NCBI GenBank assembly: GCA_964276515.1
Contig: OZ193909.1
Coordinates: forward strand, 10,044,001 to 10,108,000
Source of the DNA: Gordius albopunctatus
Lineage: Eukaryota
Length of the DNA stretch: 64,000 bases
Direction of reading: 5' to 3'
Positions 26,701-43,300 of the stretch are shown here, in pieces. The notes below the pieces were generated by a model. It was given only the letters and a program-made list of their open reading frames with translations, had not been told where the DNA came from and ran no database searches. A program made the position numbers and the translations under genes. Each line of letters begins with the position of its first letter. Position 1 is the first letter of the stretch.

Positions 26701-29700
26701 TATCATGAAAATCACGTCTGAAAATAACAACTTTCATCGGATGAATATGGTTTAATGGAAATAATTTTAAATATTTTGAGCTGAAAAATATATTTTTAGT
26801 TATTTTGTGTAAAAGAGCTTGAAAAAATATATAAAAGTATGCTAATTTGAGATTCCTATTAATCTCGATCGACTCCTTATAAGAAGTTTTAATCTGCGAA
26901 AACTATCATTTTGAGGAAAGATAACGTTATATTGTTGCGATTAGTTTGTTTCATCGCGACGAGAGTGCTGAATTTTTGAAACATGCTATATGTGATGATT
27001 ATTTCAAAGTAATAGTTATCTAATTGTGATAAATTTTTACTTCTTATCATGAAAATCACGTCTGAAAAAAACAACTTTCATCGGATGAATATGGTTTAAT
27101 GGAAACAATTTTAAATATTTTGAGCTGAAAAATATTATTTTTGTTATTTTGTGTAAAAGAGCTTGAAAAAATATATAAAAGTATGCTAATTTGAGATTCC
27201 TATTAATCTCGATCGACTCCTTATAAGAAGTTTTAAGCTGCGAGAACTATCATTTTGAGGAAAGACAACGTTATATTGTTGCGATTAGTTTGTTTCATCG
27301 CGACGAGAGTGCTGAATTTTTAAACATGCTATATGCGATGATTATTTCAAAGTAATAGTTATCTAATTGTGATAAATTTTTACTTCTTATCATGGAATAC
27401 ACGTCTGAAAATAACAACTTTCATCGGATGAATATGGTTTATTGCAAATAATTTTAAATATTTTGAGCTAAAAAACGATATTTTTTGTTATTTTATGTAA
27501 AAGAGCTTGAAAAAATATGTAAAAGTAAGCTAATTTGAGATTCATATTAATCTCGATCGACTCCTTATAAGAAGTTTTAATCTGCGAAAACTATCATTTT
27601 GAGGAAAGACAACGTTATATTGTTGCGATTAGTTTGTTTCATCGCGACGAGAGTGCTGAATTTTTGAAACATGCTATATGTGATGATTATTTCAAAGTAA
27701 TAGTTATCTAATTGTGATAAATTTTTACTTCTTATCATGGAATACACGTCTGAAAATAACAACTTTCATCGGATGAATATGGTTTAATGGAAATAATTTT
27801 AAATATTTTGAGCTGAAAAACGATATTTTTTGTTATTTTATGTAAAAGAGCTTGAAAAAATATGTAAAAGTAAGCTAATTTGAGATTCATATTAATCTCG
27901 ATCGACTCCTTATAAGAAGTTTTAATCTGCGAAAACTATCATTTTGAGGAAAGACAACGTTATATTGTTGCGATTAGTTTGTTTCATCGCGACGAGAGTG
28001 CTGAATTTTTGAAACATGCTATATGCGATGATTATTTCAAAGTAATAGTTATCTAATTGTGATAAATTTTTACTTCTTATCATGGAATACACGTCTGAAA
28101 ATAACAACTTTCATCGGATGAATATGGTTTAATGGAAACAATTTTAAATATTTTGAGCTGAAAAATATTATTTTTGTTATTTTGTGTAAAAGAGCTTGAA
28201 AAAATATATAAAAGTATGCTAATTTGAGATTCCTATTAATCTCGATCGACTCCTTATAAGAAGTTTTAAGCTGCGAGAACTATCATTTTGAGGAAAGACA
28301 ACGTTATATTGTTGCGATTAGTTTGTTTCATCGCGACGAGAGTGCTGAATTTTTGAAACATGCTATATGCGATGATTATTTCAAAGTAATAGTTATCTAA
28401 TTGTGATAAATTTTTACTTCTTATCATGGAATACACGTCTGAAAATAACAACTTTCATCGGATGAATATGGTTTATTGCAAATAATTTTAAATATTTTGA
28501 GCTAAAAAACGATATTTTTTGTTATTTTATGTAAAAGAGCTTGAAAAAATATGTAAAAGTAAGCTAATTTGAGATTCATATTAATCTCGATCGACTCCTT
28601 ATAAGAAGTTTTAATCTGCGAAAACTATCATTTTGAGGAAAGACAACGTTATATTGTTGCGATTAGTTTGTTTCATCGCGACGAGAGTGCTGAATTTTTG
28701 AAACATGCTATATGTGATGATTATTTCAAAGTAATAGTTATCTAATTGTGATAAATTTTTACTTCTTATCATGAAAATCACGTCTGAAAATAACAACTTT
28801 CATCGGATGAATATGGTTTAATGGAAACAATTTTAAATATTTTTAGCTAAAAAAATATTTTTTTGTTATTTTATGTAAAAGAGCTTGAAAAAATATATAA
28901 AAGTAAGCTAATTTGAGATTCCTATTAATCTCGATCGACTCCTTATAAGAAGTTTAAAGCTGCGAGAACTATCATTTTGAGGAAAGACAACGTTATATTG
29001 TTGCGATTAGTTTGTTTCATCGCGACGAGAGTGCTGAATTTTTGAAGCATGCTATATGCGATGATTATTTCAAAGTAATAGTTATCTAATTGTGATAAAT
29101 TTTTACTTCTTATCATGGAATACACGTCTGAAAATAACAACTTTCATCGGATGAATATGGTTTATTGCAAATAATTTTAAATATTTTGAGCTAAAAAACG
29201 ATATTTTTTGTTATTTTATGTAAAAGAGCTTGAAAAAATATGTAAAAGTAAGCTAATTTGAGATTCATATTAATCTCGATCGACTCCTTATAAGAAGTTT
29301 TAATCTGCGAAAACTATCATTTTGAGGAAAGACAACGTTATATTGTTGCGATTAGTTTGTTTCATCGCGACGAGAGTGCTGAATTTTTGAAACATGCTAT
29401 ATGCGATGATTATTTCAAAGTAATAGTTATCTAATTGTGATAAATTTTTACTTCTTATCATGGAATACACGTCTGAAAATAACAACTTTCATCGGATGAA
29501 TATGGTTTAATGGAAATAATTTTAAATATTTTGAGCTGAAAAATATATTTTTTGTTATTTTGTGTAAAAGAGCTTGAAAAAATATATAAAAGTATGCTAA
29601 TTTGAGATTCATATTAATCTCGATCGACTCCTTATAATAAGTTTTAAGCTGCGAGAACTATCATTTTGAGGAAAGACAACGCTTTATTGTTGCGATTATC

Positions 29701-31319
29701 ATCGCGACGAGAGTGCTGAATTTTTGAAACATGCTATATGCGATGATTATTTCAAAGTAATAGTTATCTAATTGTGATAAATTTTTACTTCTTATCATGA
29801 AAATCACGTCTGAAAATAACAACTTTCATCGGATGAATATGGTTTAATGGAAATAATTTTAAATATTTTTAGCTAAAAAAATATTTTTTTTGTTATTTTA
29901 TGTAAAAGAGCTTGAAAAAATATATAAAAGTAAGCTAATTTGAGATTCCTATTAATCTCGATCGACTCCTTATAATAAGTTTTAAGCTGCGAGAACTATC
30001 ATTTTGAGGAAAGACAACGTTATATTGTTGCGATTATCATCGCGACGAGAGTGCTGAATTTTTGAAACATGCTATATGCGATGATTATTTCAAAGTAATA
30101 GTTATCTAATTGTGATAAATTTTTACTTCTTATCATGAAAATCACGTCTGAAAATAACAACTTTCATCGGATGAATATGGTTTAATGGAAATAATTTTAA
30201 ATATTTTGAGCTGAAAAATATTATTTTTGTTATTTTGTGTAAAAGAGCTTGAAAAAATATATAAAAGTATGCTAATTTGAGATTCCTATTAATCTCGATC
30301 GACTCCTTATAAGAAGTTTTAAGCTGCGAGAACTATCATTTTGAGGAAAGACAACGTTATATTGTTGCGATTAGTTTGTTTCATCGCGACGAGAGTGCTG
30401 AATTTTTGAAACATGCTATATGCGATGATTATTTCAAAGTAATAGTTATCTAATTGTGATAAATTTTAACTTCTTATCATGAAAATCACGTCTGAAAATA
30501 ACAACTTTCATCGGATGAATATGGTTTAATGGAAATAATTTTAAATATTTTGAGCTGAAAAATATATTTTTAGTTATTTTGTGTAAAAGAGCTTGAAAAA
30601 ATATATAAAAGTATGCTAATTTGAGATTCCTATTAATCTCGATCGACTCCTTATAAGAAGTTTTAATCTGCGAAAACTATCATTTTGAGGAAAGACAACG
30701 TTATATTGTTGCGATTAGTTTGTTTCATCGCGACGAGAGTGCTGAATTTTTGAAACATGCTATATGTGATGATTATTTCAAAGTAATAGTTATCTAATTG
30801 TGATAAATTTTTACTTCTTATCATGAAAATCACGTCTGAAAATAACAACTTTCATCGGATGAATATGGTTTAATGGAAACAATTTTAAATATTTTTAGGT
30901 AAAAAAATATTTTTTTGTTTATTTATGTAAAAGAGCTTGAAAAAATATATAAAATGAAGCTAATTTGAGATTCCTATTAATCTCGATCGACTCCTTATAA
31001 GAAGTTTAAAGCTGCGAGAACTATCATTTTGAGGAAAGACAACGTTATATTGTTGCGATTATCATCGCGACGATAGTGCTGAATTTTTGAAACATGCTAT
31101 ATGCGATGATTATTTCAAAGTAATAGTTATCTAATTGTGATAAATTTTTACTTCTTATCATGAAAATCACGTCTGAAAATAACAACTTTCATCGGATGAA
31201 TATGGTTTAATGGAAACAATTTTAAATATTTTGAGCTGAAAAATATTATTTTTGTTATTTTGTGTAAAAGAGCTTGAAAAAATATACAAAAGTATGCTAA
31301 TTTGAGATTCCTATTAATC

Positions 31320-34300
31320 TCGATCGACTCCTTATAAGAAGTTTTAAGCTGCGAGAACTATCATTTTGAGGAAAGACAACGTTATATTGTTGCGATTAGT
31401 TTGTTTCATCGCGACGAGAGTGCTGAATTTTTGAAACATGCTATATGCGATGATTATTTCAAAGTAATAGTTATCTAATTGTGATAAATTTTTACTTCTT
31501 ATCATGGAATACACGTCTGAAAATAACAACTTTCATCGGATGAATATGGTTTATTGCAAATAATTTTAAATATTTTGAGCTAAAAAACGATATTTTTTGT
31601 TATTTTATGTAAAAGAGCTTGAAAAAATATGTAAAAGTAAGCTAATTTGAGATTCATATTAATCTCGATCGACTCCTTATAAGAAGTTTTAATCTGCGAA
31701 AACTATCATTTTGAGGAAAGACAACGTTATATTGTTGCGATTAGTTTGTTTCATCGCGACGAGAGTGCTGAATTTTTGAAACATGCTATATGCGATGATT
31801 ATTTCAAAGTAATAGTTATCTAATTGTGATAAATTTTTACTTCTTATCATGGAATACACGTCTGAAAATAACAACTTTCATCGGATGAATATGGTTTATT
31901 GCAAATAATTTTAAATATTTTGAGCTAAAAAACGATATTTTTTGTTATTTTATGTAAAAGAGCTTGAAAAAATATGTAAAAGTAAGCTAATTTGAGATTC
32001 ATATTAATCTCGATCGACTCCTTATAAGAAGTTTTAATCTGCGAAAACTATCATTTTGAGGAAAGACAACGTTATATTGTTGCGATTAGTTTGTTTCATC
32101 GCGACGAGAGTGCTGAATTTTTGAAACATGCTATATGCGATGATTATTTCAAAGTAATAGTTATCTAATTGTGATAAATTTTTACTTCTTATCATGAAAA
32201 TCACGTTAAAAAATAACAACTCTTATCGGATGAATATGGTTTAATGGAAATAATTTTAAATATTTTTAGCTAAAAAAATATTTTTTTTGTTATTTTATGT
32301 AAAAGAGCTTGAAAAAATATATAAAAGTAAGCTATCTTGAGATTCCTATTAATCTCGATCGACTCCTTATAAGAAGTTTAAAGCTGCGAGAACTATCATT
32401 TTGAGGAAAGACAACGTTATATTGTTGCGATTAGTTTGTTTCATCGCGACGAGAGTGCTGAATTTTTGAAACATGCCATATGCGATGATTATTTCAAAGT
32501 AATAGTTATCTAATTGTGATAAATTTTTACTTCTTATCATGAAAATCACGTCTGAAAATAACAACTTTCATCGGATGAATATGGTTTAATGGAAATAATT
32601 TTAAATATTTTTAGCTAAAAAAATATTTTTTTTGTTATTTTATGTAAAAGAGCTTGAAAAAATATGTAAAAGTAAGCTAATTTGAGATTCATATTAATCT
32701 CGATCGACTCCTTATAAGAAGTTTTAATCTGCGAAAACTATCATTTTGAGGAAAGACAACGTTATATTGTTGCGATTAGTTTGTTTCATCGCGACGAGAG
32801 TGCTGAATTTTTGAAGCATGCTATATGCGATGATTATTTCAAAGTAATAGTTATCTAATTGTGATAAATTTTTACTTCTTATCATGGAATACACGTCTGA
32901 AAATAACAACTTTCATCGGATGAATATGGTTTAATGGAAATAATTTTAAATATTTTGAGCTGAAAAATATATTTTTTGTTATTTTGTGTAAAAGAGCTTG
33001 AAAAAATATATAAAAGTATGCTAATTTGAGATTCATATTAATCTCGATCGACTCCTTATAATAAGTTTTAAGCTGCGAGAACTATCATTTTGAGGAAAGA
33101 CAACGCTTTATTGTTGCGATTATCATCGCGACGAGAGTGCTGAATTTTTGAAACATGCTATATGTGATGATTATTTCAAAGTAATAGTTATCTAATTGTG
33201 ATAAATTTTTACTTCTTATCATGAAAATCACGTCTGAAAATAACAACTTTCATCGGATGAATATGGTTTAATGGAAATAATTTTAAATATTTTGAGCTGA
33301 AAAATATTATTTTTGTTATTTTGTGTAAAAGAGCTTGAAAAAATATATAAAAGTAAGCTAATTTGAGATTCCTATTAATCTCGATCGACTCCTTATAAGA
33401 AGTTTAAAGCTGCGAGAACTATCATTTTGAGGAAAGACAACGTTATATTGTTGCGATTATCATCGCGACGATAGTGCTGAATTTTTGAAACATGCTATAT
33501 GCGATGATTATTTCAAAGTAATAGTTATCTAATTGTGATAAATTTTTACTTCTTATCATGAAAATCACGTCTGAAAATAACAACTTTCATCGGATGAATA
33601 TGGTTTAATGGAAATAATTTTAAATATTTTGAGCTGAAAAATATATTTTTTGTTATTTTATGTAAAAGAGCTTGAAAAAATATATAAAAGTAAGCTAATT
33701 TGAGATTCCTATTAATCTCGATCGACTCCTTATAAGAAGTTTAAAGCTGCGAGAACTATCATTTTGAGGAAAGACAACGTTATATTGTTGCGATTAGTTT
33801 GTTTCATCGCGACGAGAGTGCTGAATTTTTGAAGCATGCTATATGCGATGATTATTTCAAAGTAATAGTTATCTAATTGTGATAAATTTTTACTTCTTAT
33901 CATGGAATACACGTCTGAAAATAACAACTTTCATCGGATGAATATGGTTTATTGCAAATAATTTTAAATATTTTGAGCTAAAAAACGATTTTTTTTGTTA
34001 TTTTATGTAAAAGAGCTTGAAAAAATATGTAAAAGTAAGCTAATTTGAGATTCATATTAATCTCGATCGACTCCTTATAAGAAGTTTAAAGCTGCGAGAA
34101 CTATCATTTTGAGGAAAGTTAACGTTATATTGTTGCGATTAGTTTGTTTCATCGCGACGAGAGTGCTGAATTTTTGAAACATGCTATATGCGATGATTAT
34201 TTCAAAGTAATATTTATCTAATTGTGATAAATTTTTACTTCTTATCATAGAATACACGTCTGAAAATAACAACTTTCATCGGATGAATATGGTTCAATGG

Positions 34301-37300
34301 AAATAATTTTAAATATTTTGAGCTGAAAAATATTATTTTTGTTATTTTGTGTAAAAGAGCTTGAAAAAATATATAAAAGTATGCTAATTTGAGATTCCTA
34401 TTAATCTCGATCGACTCCTTATAAGAAGTTTTAAGCTGCGAGAACTATCATTTTGAGGAAAGACAACGTTATATTGTTGCGATTAGTTTGTTTCATCGCG
34501 ACGAGAGTGCTGAATTTTTGAAACATGCTATATGCGATGATTATTTCAAAGTAATAGTTATCTAATTGTGATAAATTTTAACTTCTTATCATGAAAATCA
34601 CGTCTGAAAATAACAACTTTCATCGGATGAATATGGTTTAATGGAAATAATTTTAAATATTTTGAGCTGAAAAATATATTTTTAGTTATTTTGTGTAAAA
34701 GAGCTTGAAAAAATATATAAAAGTATGCTAATTTGAGATTCCTATTAATCTCGATCGACTCCTTATAAGAAGTTTTAATCTGCGAAAACTATCATTTTGA
34801 GGAAAGACAACGTTATATTGTTGCGATTAGTTTGTTTCATCGCGACGAGAGTGCTGAATTTTTGAAACATGCTATATGTGATGATTATTTCAAAGTAATA
34901 GTTATCTAATTGTGATAAATTTTTACTTCTTATCATGAAAATCACGTCTGAAAAAAACAACTTTCATCGGATGAATATGGTTTAATGGAAACAATTTTAA
35001 ATATTTTTAGCTAAAAAAATATTTTTTTGTTTATTTATGTAAAAGAGCTTGAAAAAATATATAAAAGTAAGCTAATTTGAGATTCCTATTAATCTCGATC
35101 GACTCCTTATAAGAAGTTTAAAGCTGCGAGAACTATCATTTTGAGGAAAGACAACGTTATATTGTTGCGATTATCATCGCGACGATAGTGCTGAATTTTT
35201 GAAACATGCTATATGCGATGATTATTTCAAAGTAATAGTTATCTAATTGTGATAAATTTTTACTTCTTATCATGAAAATCACGTCTGAAAATAACAACTT
35301 TCATCGGATGAATATGGTTTAATGGAAACAATTTTAAATATTTTGAGCTGAAAAATATTATTTTTGTTATTTTGTGTAAAAGAGCTTGAAAAAATATATA
35401 AAAGTATGCTAATTTGAGATTCCTATTAATCTCGATCGACTCCTTATAAGAAGTTTTAAGCTGCGAGAACTATCATTTTGAGGAAAGACAACGTTATATT
35501 GTTGCGATTAGTTTGTTTCATCGCGACGAGAGTGCTGAATTTTTGAAACATGCTATATGCGATGATTATTTCAAAGTAATAGTTATCTAATTGTGATAAA
35601 TTTTTACTTCTTATCATGGAATACACGTCTGAAAATAACAACTTTCATCGGATGAATATGGTTTATTGCAAATAATTTTAAATATTTTGAGCTAAAAAAC
35701 GATATTTTTTGTTATTTTATGTAAAAGAGCTTGAAAAAATATGTAAAAGTAAGCTAATTTGAGATTCATATTAATCTCGATCGACTCCTTATAAGAAGTT
35801 TTAATCTGCGAAAACTATCATTTTGAGGAAAGACAACGTTATATTGTTGCGATTAGTTTGTTTCATCGCGACGAGAGTGCTGAATTTTTGAAACATGCTA
35901 TATGTGATGATTATTTCAAAGTAATAGTTATCTAATTGTGATAAATTTTTACTTCTTATCATGAAAATCACGTCTGAAAATAACAACTTTCATCGGATGA
36001 ATATGGTTTAATGGAAACAATTTTAAATATTTTTAGCTAAAAAAATATTTTTTTGTTATTTTATGTAAAAGAGCTTGAAAAAATATATAAAAGTAAGCTA
36101 ATTTGAGATTCCTATTAATCTCGATCGACTCCTTATAAGAAGTTTAAAGCTGCGAGAACTATCATTTTGAGGAAAGACAACGTTATATTGTTGCGATTAG
36201 TTTGTTTCATCGCGACGAGAGTGCTGAATTTTTGAAGCATGCTATATGCGATGATTATTTCAAAGTAATAGTTATCTAATTGTGATAAATTTTTACTTCT
36301 TATCATGGAATACACGTCTGAAAATAACAACTTTCATCGGATGAATATGGTTTATTGCAAATAATTTTAAATATTTTGAGCTAAAAAACGATATTTTTTG
36401 TTATTTTATGTAAAAGAGCTTGAAAAAATATGTAAAAGTAAGCTAATTTGAGATTCATATTAATCTCGATCGACTCCTTATAAGAAGTTTTAATCTGCGA
36501 AAACTATCATTTTGAGGAAAGACAACGTTATATTGTTGCGATTAGTTTGTTTCATCGCGACGAGAGTGCTGAATTTTTGAAACATGCTATATGCGATGAT
36601 TATTTCAAAGTAATAGTTATCTAATTGTGATAAATTTTTACTTCTTATCATGGAATACACGTCTGAAAATAACAACTTTCATCGGATGAATATGGTTTAA
36701 TGGAAATAATTTTAAATATTTTGAGCTGAAAAATATATTTTTTGTTATTTTGTGTAAAAGAGCTTGAAAAAATATATAAAAGTATGCTAATTTGAGATTC
36801 ATATTAATCTCGATCGACTCCTTATAATAAGTTTTAAGCTGCGAGAACTATCATTTTGAGGAAAGACAACGCTTTATTGTTGCGATTATCATCGCGACGA
36901 GAGTGCTGAATTTTTGAAACATGCTATATGCGATGATTATTTCAAAGTAATAGTTATCTAATTGTGATAAATTTTTACTTCTTATCATGAAAATCACGTC
37001 TGAAAATAACAACTTTCATCGGATGAATATGGTTTAATGGAAATAATTTTAAATATTTTTAGCTAAAAAAATATTTTTTTTGTTATTTTATGTAAAAGAG
37101 CTTGAAAAAATATATAAAAGTAAGCTAATTTGAGATTCCTATTAATCTCGATCGACTCCTTATAATAAGTTTTAAGCTGCGAGAACTATCATTTTGAGGA
37201 AAGACAACGTTATATTGTTGCGATTATCATCGCGACGAGAGTGCTGAATTTTTGAAACATGCTATATGCGATGATTATTTCAAAGTAATAGTTATCTAAT

Positions 37301-40300
37301 TGTGATAAATTTTTACTTCTTATCATGAAAATCACGTCTGAAAATAACAACTTTCATCGGATGAATATGGTTTAATGGAAATAATTTTAAATATTTTGAG
37401 CTGAAAAATATTATTTTTGTTATTTTGTGTAAAAGAGCTTGAAAAAATATATAAAAGTATGCTAATTTGAGATTCATATTAATCTCGATCGACTCCTTAT
37501 AATAAGTTTTAAGCTGCGAGAACTATCATTTTGAGGAAAGACAACGCTTTATTGTTGCGATTATCATCGCGACGAGAGTGCTGAATTTTTGAAACATGCT
37601 ATATGTGATGATTATTTCAAAGTAATAGTTATCTAATTGTGATAAATTTTTACTTCTTATCATGAAAATCACGTCTGAAAATAACAACTTTCATCGGATG
37701 AATATGGTTTATTGCAAATAATTTTAAATATTTTGAGCTAAAAAACGATATTTTTTGTTATTTTATGTAAAAGAGCTTGAAAAAATATGTAAAAGTAAGC
37801 TAATTTGAGATTCATATTAATCTCGATCGACTCCTTATAAGAAGTTTTAATCTGCGAAAACTATCATTTTGAGGAAAGACAACGTTATATTGTTGCGATT
37901 AGTTTGTTTCATCGCGACGAGAGTGCTGAATTTTTGAAACATGCTATATGCGATGATTATTTCAAAGTAATAGTTATCTAATTGTGATAAATTTTTACTT
38001 CTTATCATGAAAATCACGTTAAAAAATAACAACTCTTATCGGATGAATATGGTTTAATGGAAATAATTTTAAATATTTTTAGCTAAAAAAATATTTTTTT
38101 TGTTATTTTATGTAAAAGAGCTTGAAAAAATATATAAAAGTAAGCTATCTTGAGATTCCTATTAATCTCGATCGACTCCTTATAAGAAGTTTAAAGCTGC
38201 GAGAACTATCATTTTGAGGAAAGACAACGTTATATTGTTGCGATTAGTTTGTTTCATCGCGACGAGAGTGCTGAATTTTTGAAACATGCCATATGCGATG
38301 ATTATTTCAAAGTAATAGTTATCTAATTGTGATAAATTTTTACTTCTTATCATGAAAATCACGTCTGAAAATAACAACTTTCATCGGATGAATATGGTTT
38401 AATGCAAATAATTTTAAATATTTTGAGCTAAAAAACGATATTTTTTGTTATTTTATGTAAAAGAGCTTGAAAAAATATGTAAAAGTAAGCTAATTTGAGA
38501 TTCATATTAATCTCGATCGACTCCTTATAAGAAGTTTTAATCTGCGAAAACTATCATTTTGAGGAAAGACAACGTTATATTGTTGCGATTAGTTTGTTTC
38601 ATCGCGACGAGAGTGCTGAATTTTTGAAACATGCTATATGCGATGATTATTTCAAAGTAATAGTTATCTAATTGTGATAAATTTTTACTTCTTATCATGA
38701 AAATCACGTTAAAAAATAACAACTCTTATCGGATGAATATGGTTTAATGGAAATAATTTTAAATATTTTTAGCTAAAAAAATATTTTTTTTGTTATTTTA
38801 TGTAAAAGAGCTTGAAAAAATATATAAAAGTAAGCTATCTTGAGATTCCTATTAATCTCGATCGACTCCTTATAAGAAGTTTAAAGCTGCGAGAACTATC
38901 ATTTTGAGGAAAGACAACGTTATATTGTTGCGATTAGTTTGTTTCATCGCGACGAGAGTGCTGAATTTTTGAAACATGCCATATGCGATGATTATTTCAA
39001 AGTAATAGTTATCTAATTGTGATAAATTTTTACTTCTTATCATGAAAATCACGTCTGAAAATAACAACTTTCATCGGATGAATATGGTTTAATGGAAATA
39101 ATTTTAAATATTTTTAGCTAAAAAAATATTTTTTTTGTTATTTTATGTAAAAGAGCTTGAAAAAATATGTAAAAGTAAGCTAATTTGAGATTCATATTAA
39201 TCTCGATCGACTCCTTATAAGAAGTTTTAATCTGCGAAAACTATCATTTTGAGGAAAGACAACGTTATATTGTTGCGATTAGTTTGTTTCATCGCGACGA
39301 GAGTGCTGAATTTTTGAAGCATGCTATATGCGATGATTATTTCAAAGTAATAGTTATCTAATTGTGATAAATTTTTACTTCTTATCATGGAATACACGTC
39401 TGAAAATAACAACTTTCATCGGATGAATATGGTTTAATGGAAATAATTTTAAATATTTTGAGCTGAAAAATATATTTTTTGTTATTTTGTGTAAAAGAGC
39501 TTGAAAAAATATATAAAAGTATGCTAATTTGAGATTCATATTAATCTCGATCGACTCCTTATAATAAGTTTTAAGCTGCGAGAACTATCATTTTGAGGAA
39601 AGACAACGCTTTATTGTTGCGATTATCATCGCGACGAGAGTGCTGAATTTTTGAAACATGCTATATGTGATGATTATTTCAAAGTAATAGTTATCTAATT
39701 GTGATAAATTTTTACTTCTTATCATGAAAATCACGTCTGAAAATAACAACTTTCATCGGATGAATATGGTTTATTGCAAATAATTTTAAATATTTTGAGC
39801 TAAAAAACGATATTTTTTGTTATTTTATGTAAAAGAGCTTGAAAAAATATGTAAAAGTAAGCTAATTTGAGATTCATATTAATCTCGATCGACTCCTTAT
39901 AAGAAGTTTTAAGCTGCGAGAACTATCATTTTGAGGAAAGACAACGTTATATTGTTGCGATTAGTTTGTTTCATCGCGACGAGAGTGCTGAATTTTTGAA
40001 ACATGCTATATGCGATGATTATTTCAAAGTAATAGTTATCTAATTGTGATAAATTTTTACTTCTTATCATGGAATACACGTCTGAAAATAACAACTTTCA
40101 TCGGATGAATATGGTTTATTGCAAATAATTTTAAATATTTTGAGCTAAAAAACGATATTTTTTGTTATTTTATGTAAAAGAGCTTGAAAAAATATGTAAA
40201 AGTAAGCTAATTTGAGATTCATATTAATCTCGATCGACTCCTTATAAGAAGTTTTAATCTGCGAAAACTATCATTTTGAGGAAAGACAACGTTATATTGT

Positions 40301-43300
40301 TGCGATTAGTTTGTTTCATCGCGACGAGAGTGCTGAATTTTTGAAACATGCTATATGCGATGATTATTTCAAAGTAATAGTTATCTAATTGTGATAAATT
40401 TTTACTTCTTATCATGGAATACACGTCTGAAAATAACAACTTTCATCGGATGAATATGGTTTATTGCAAATAATTTTAAATATTTTGAGCTAAAAAACGA
40501 TATTTTTTGTTATTTTATGTAAAAGAGCTTGAAAAAATATGTAAAAGTAAGCTAATTTGAGATTCATATTAATCTCGATCGACTCCTTATAAGAAGTTTT
40601 AATCTGCGAAAACTATCATTTTGAGGAAAGACAACGTTATATTGTTGCGATTAGTTTGTTTCATCGCGACGAGAGTGCTGAATTTTTGAAACATGCTATA
40701 TGCGATGATTATTTCAAAGTAATAGTTATCTAATTGTGATAAATTTTTACTTCTTATCATGAAAATCACGTTAAAAAATAACAACTCTTATCGGATGAAT
40801 ATGGTTTAATGGAAATAATTTTAAATATTTTTAGCTAAAAAAATATTTTTTTTGTTATTTTATGTAAAAGAGCTTGAAAAAATATATAAAAGTAAGCTAT
40901 CTTGAGATTCCTATTAATCTCGATCGACTCCTTATAAGAAGTTTAAAGCTGCGAGAACTATCATTTTGAGGAAAGACAACGTTATATTGTTGCGATTAGT
41001 TTGTTTCATCGCGACGAGAGTGCTGAATTTTTGAAACATGCCATATGCGATGATTATTTCAAAGTAATAGTTATCTAATTGTGATAAATTTTTACTTCTT
41101 ATCATGAAAATCACGTCTGAAAATAACAACTTTCATCGGATGAATATGGTTTAATGGAAATAATTTTAAATATTTTTAGCTAAAAAAATATTTTTTTTGT
41201 TATTTTATGTAAAAGAGCTTGAAAAAATATGTAAAAGTAAGCTAATTTGAGATTCATATTAATCTCGATCGACTCCTTATAAGAAGTTTTAATCTGCGAA
41301 AACTATCATTTTGAGGAAAGACAACGTTATATTGTTGCGATTAGTTTGTTTCATCGCGACGAGAGTGCTGAATTTTTGAAGCATGCTATATGCGATGATT
41401 ATTTCAAAGTAATAGTTATCTAATTGTGATAAATTTTTACTTCTTATCATGGAATACACGTCTGAAAATAACAACTTTCATCGGATGAATATGGTTTAAT
41501 GGAAATAATTTTAAATATTTTGAGCTGAAAAATATATTTTTTGTTATTTTGTGTAAAAGAGCTTGAAAAAATATATAAAAGTATGCTAATTTGAGATTCA
41601 TATTAATCTCGATCGACTCCTTATAATAAGTTTTAAGCTGCGAGAACTATCATTTTGAGGAAAGACAACGCTTTATTGTTGCGATTATCATCGCGACGAG
41701 AGTGCTGAATTTTTGAAACATGCTATATGTGATGATTATTTCAAAGTAATAGTTATCTAATTGTGATAAATTTTTACTTCTTATCATGAAAATCACGTCT
41801 GAAAATAACAACTTTCATCGGATGAATATGGTTTAATGGAAATAATTTTAAATATTTTGAGCTGAAAAATATTATTTTTGTTATTTTGTGTAAAAGAGCT
41901 TGAAAAAATATATAAAAGTAAGCTAATTTGAGATTCCTATTAATCTCGATCGACTCCTTATAAGAAGTTTAAAGCTGCGAGAACTATCATTTTGAGGAAA
42001 GACAACGTTATATTGTTGCGATTATCATCGCGACGATAGTGCTGAATTTTTGAAACATGCTATATGCGATGATTATTTCAAAGTAATAGTTATCTAATTG
42101 TGATAAATTTTTACTTCTTATCATGAAAATCACGTCTGAAAATAACAACTTTCATCGGATGAATATGGTTTAATGGAAATAATTTTAAATATTTTGAGCT
42201 GAAAAATATATTTTTTGTTATTTTATGTAAAAGAGCTTGAAAAAATATATAAAAGTAAGCTAATTTGAGATTCCTATTAATCTCGATCGACTCCTTATAA
42301 GAAGTTTAAAGCTGCGAGAACTATCATTTTGAGGAAAGACAACGTTATATTGTTGCGATTAGTTTGTTTCATCGCGACGAGAGTGCTGAATTTTTGAAGC
42401 ATGCTATATGCGATGATTATTTCAAAGTAATAGTTATCTAATTGTGATAAATTTTTACTTCTTATCATGGAATACACGTCTGAAAATAACAACTTTCATC
42501 GGATGAATATGGTTTATTGCAAATAATTTTAAATATTTTGAGCTAAAAAACGATTTTTTTTGTTATTTTATGTAAAAGAGCTTGAAAAAATATGTAAAAG
42601 TAAGCTAATTTGAGATTCATATTAATCTCGATCGACTCCTTATAAGAAGTTTAAAGCTGCGAGAACTATCATTTTGAGGAAAGTTAACGTTATATTGTTG
42701 CGATTAGTTTGTTTCATCGCGACGAGAGTGCTGAATTTTTGAAACATGCTATATGCGATGATTATTTCAAAGTAATATTTATCTAATTGTGATAAATTTT
42801 TACTTCTTATCATAGAATACACGTCTGAAAATAACAACTTTCATCGGATGAATATGGTTCAATGGAAATAATTTTAAATATTTTGAGCTGAAAAATATTA
42901 TTTTTGTTATTTTGTGTAAAAGAGCTTGAAAAAATATATAAAAGTATGCTAATTTGAGATTCCTATTAATCTCGATCGACTCCTTATAAGAAGTTTTAAG
43001 CTGCGAGAACTATCATTTTGAGGAAAGACAACGTTATATTGTTGCGATTAGTTTGTTTCATCGCGACGAGAGTGCTGAATTTTTGAAACATGCTATATGC
43101 GATGATTATTTCAAAGTAATAGTTATCTAATTGTGATAAATTTTAACTTCTTATCATGAAAATCACGTCTGAAAATAACAACTTTCATCGGATGAATATG
43201 GTTTAATGGAAATAATTTTAAATATTTTGAGCTGAAAAATATATTTTTAGTTATTTTGTGTAAAAGAGCTTGAAAAAATATATAAAAGTATGCTAATTTG

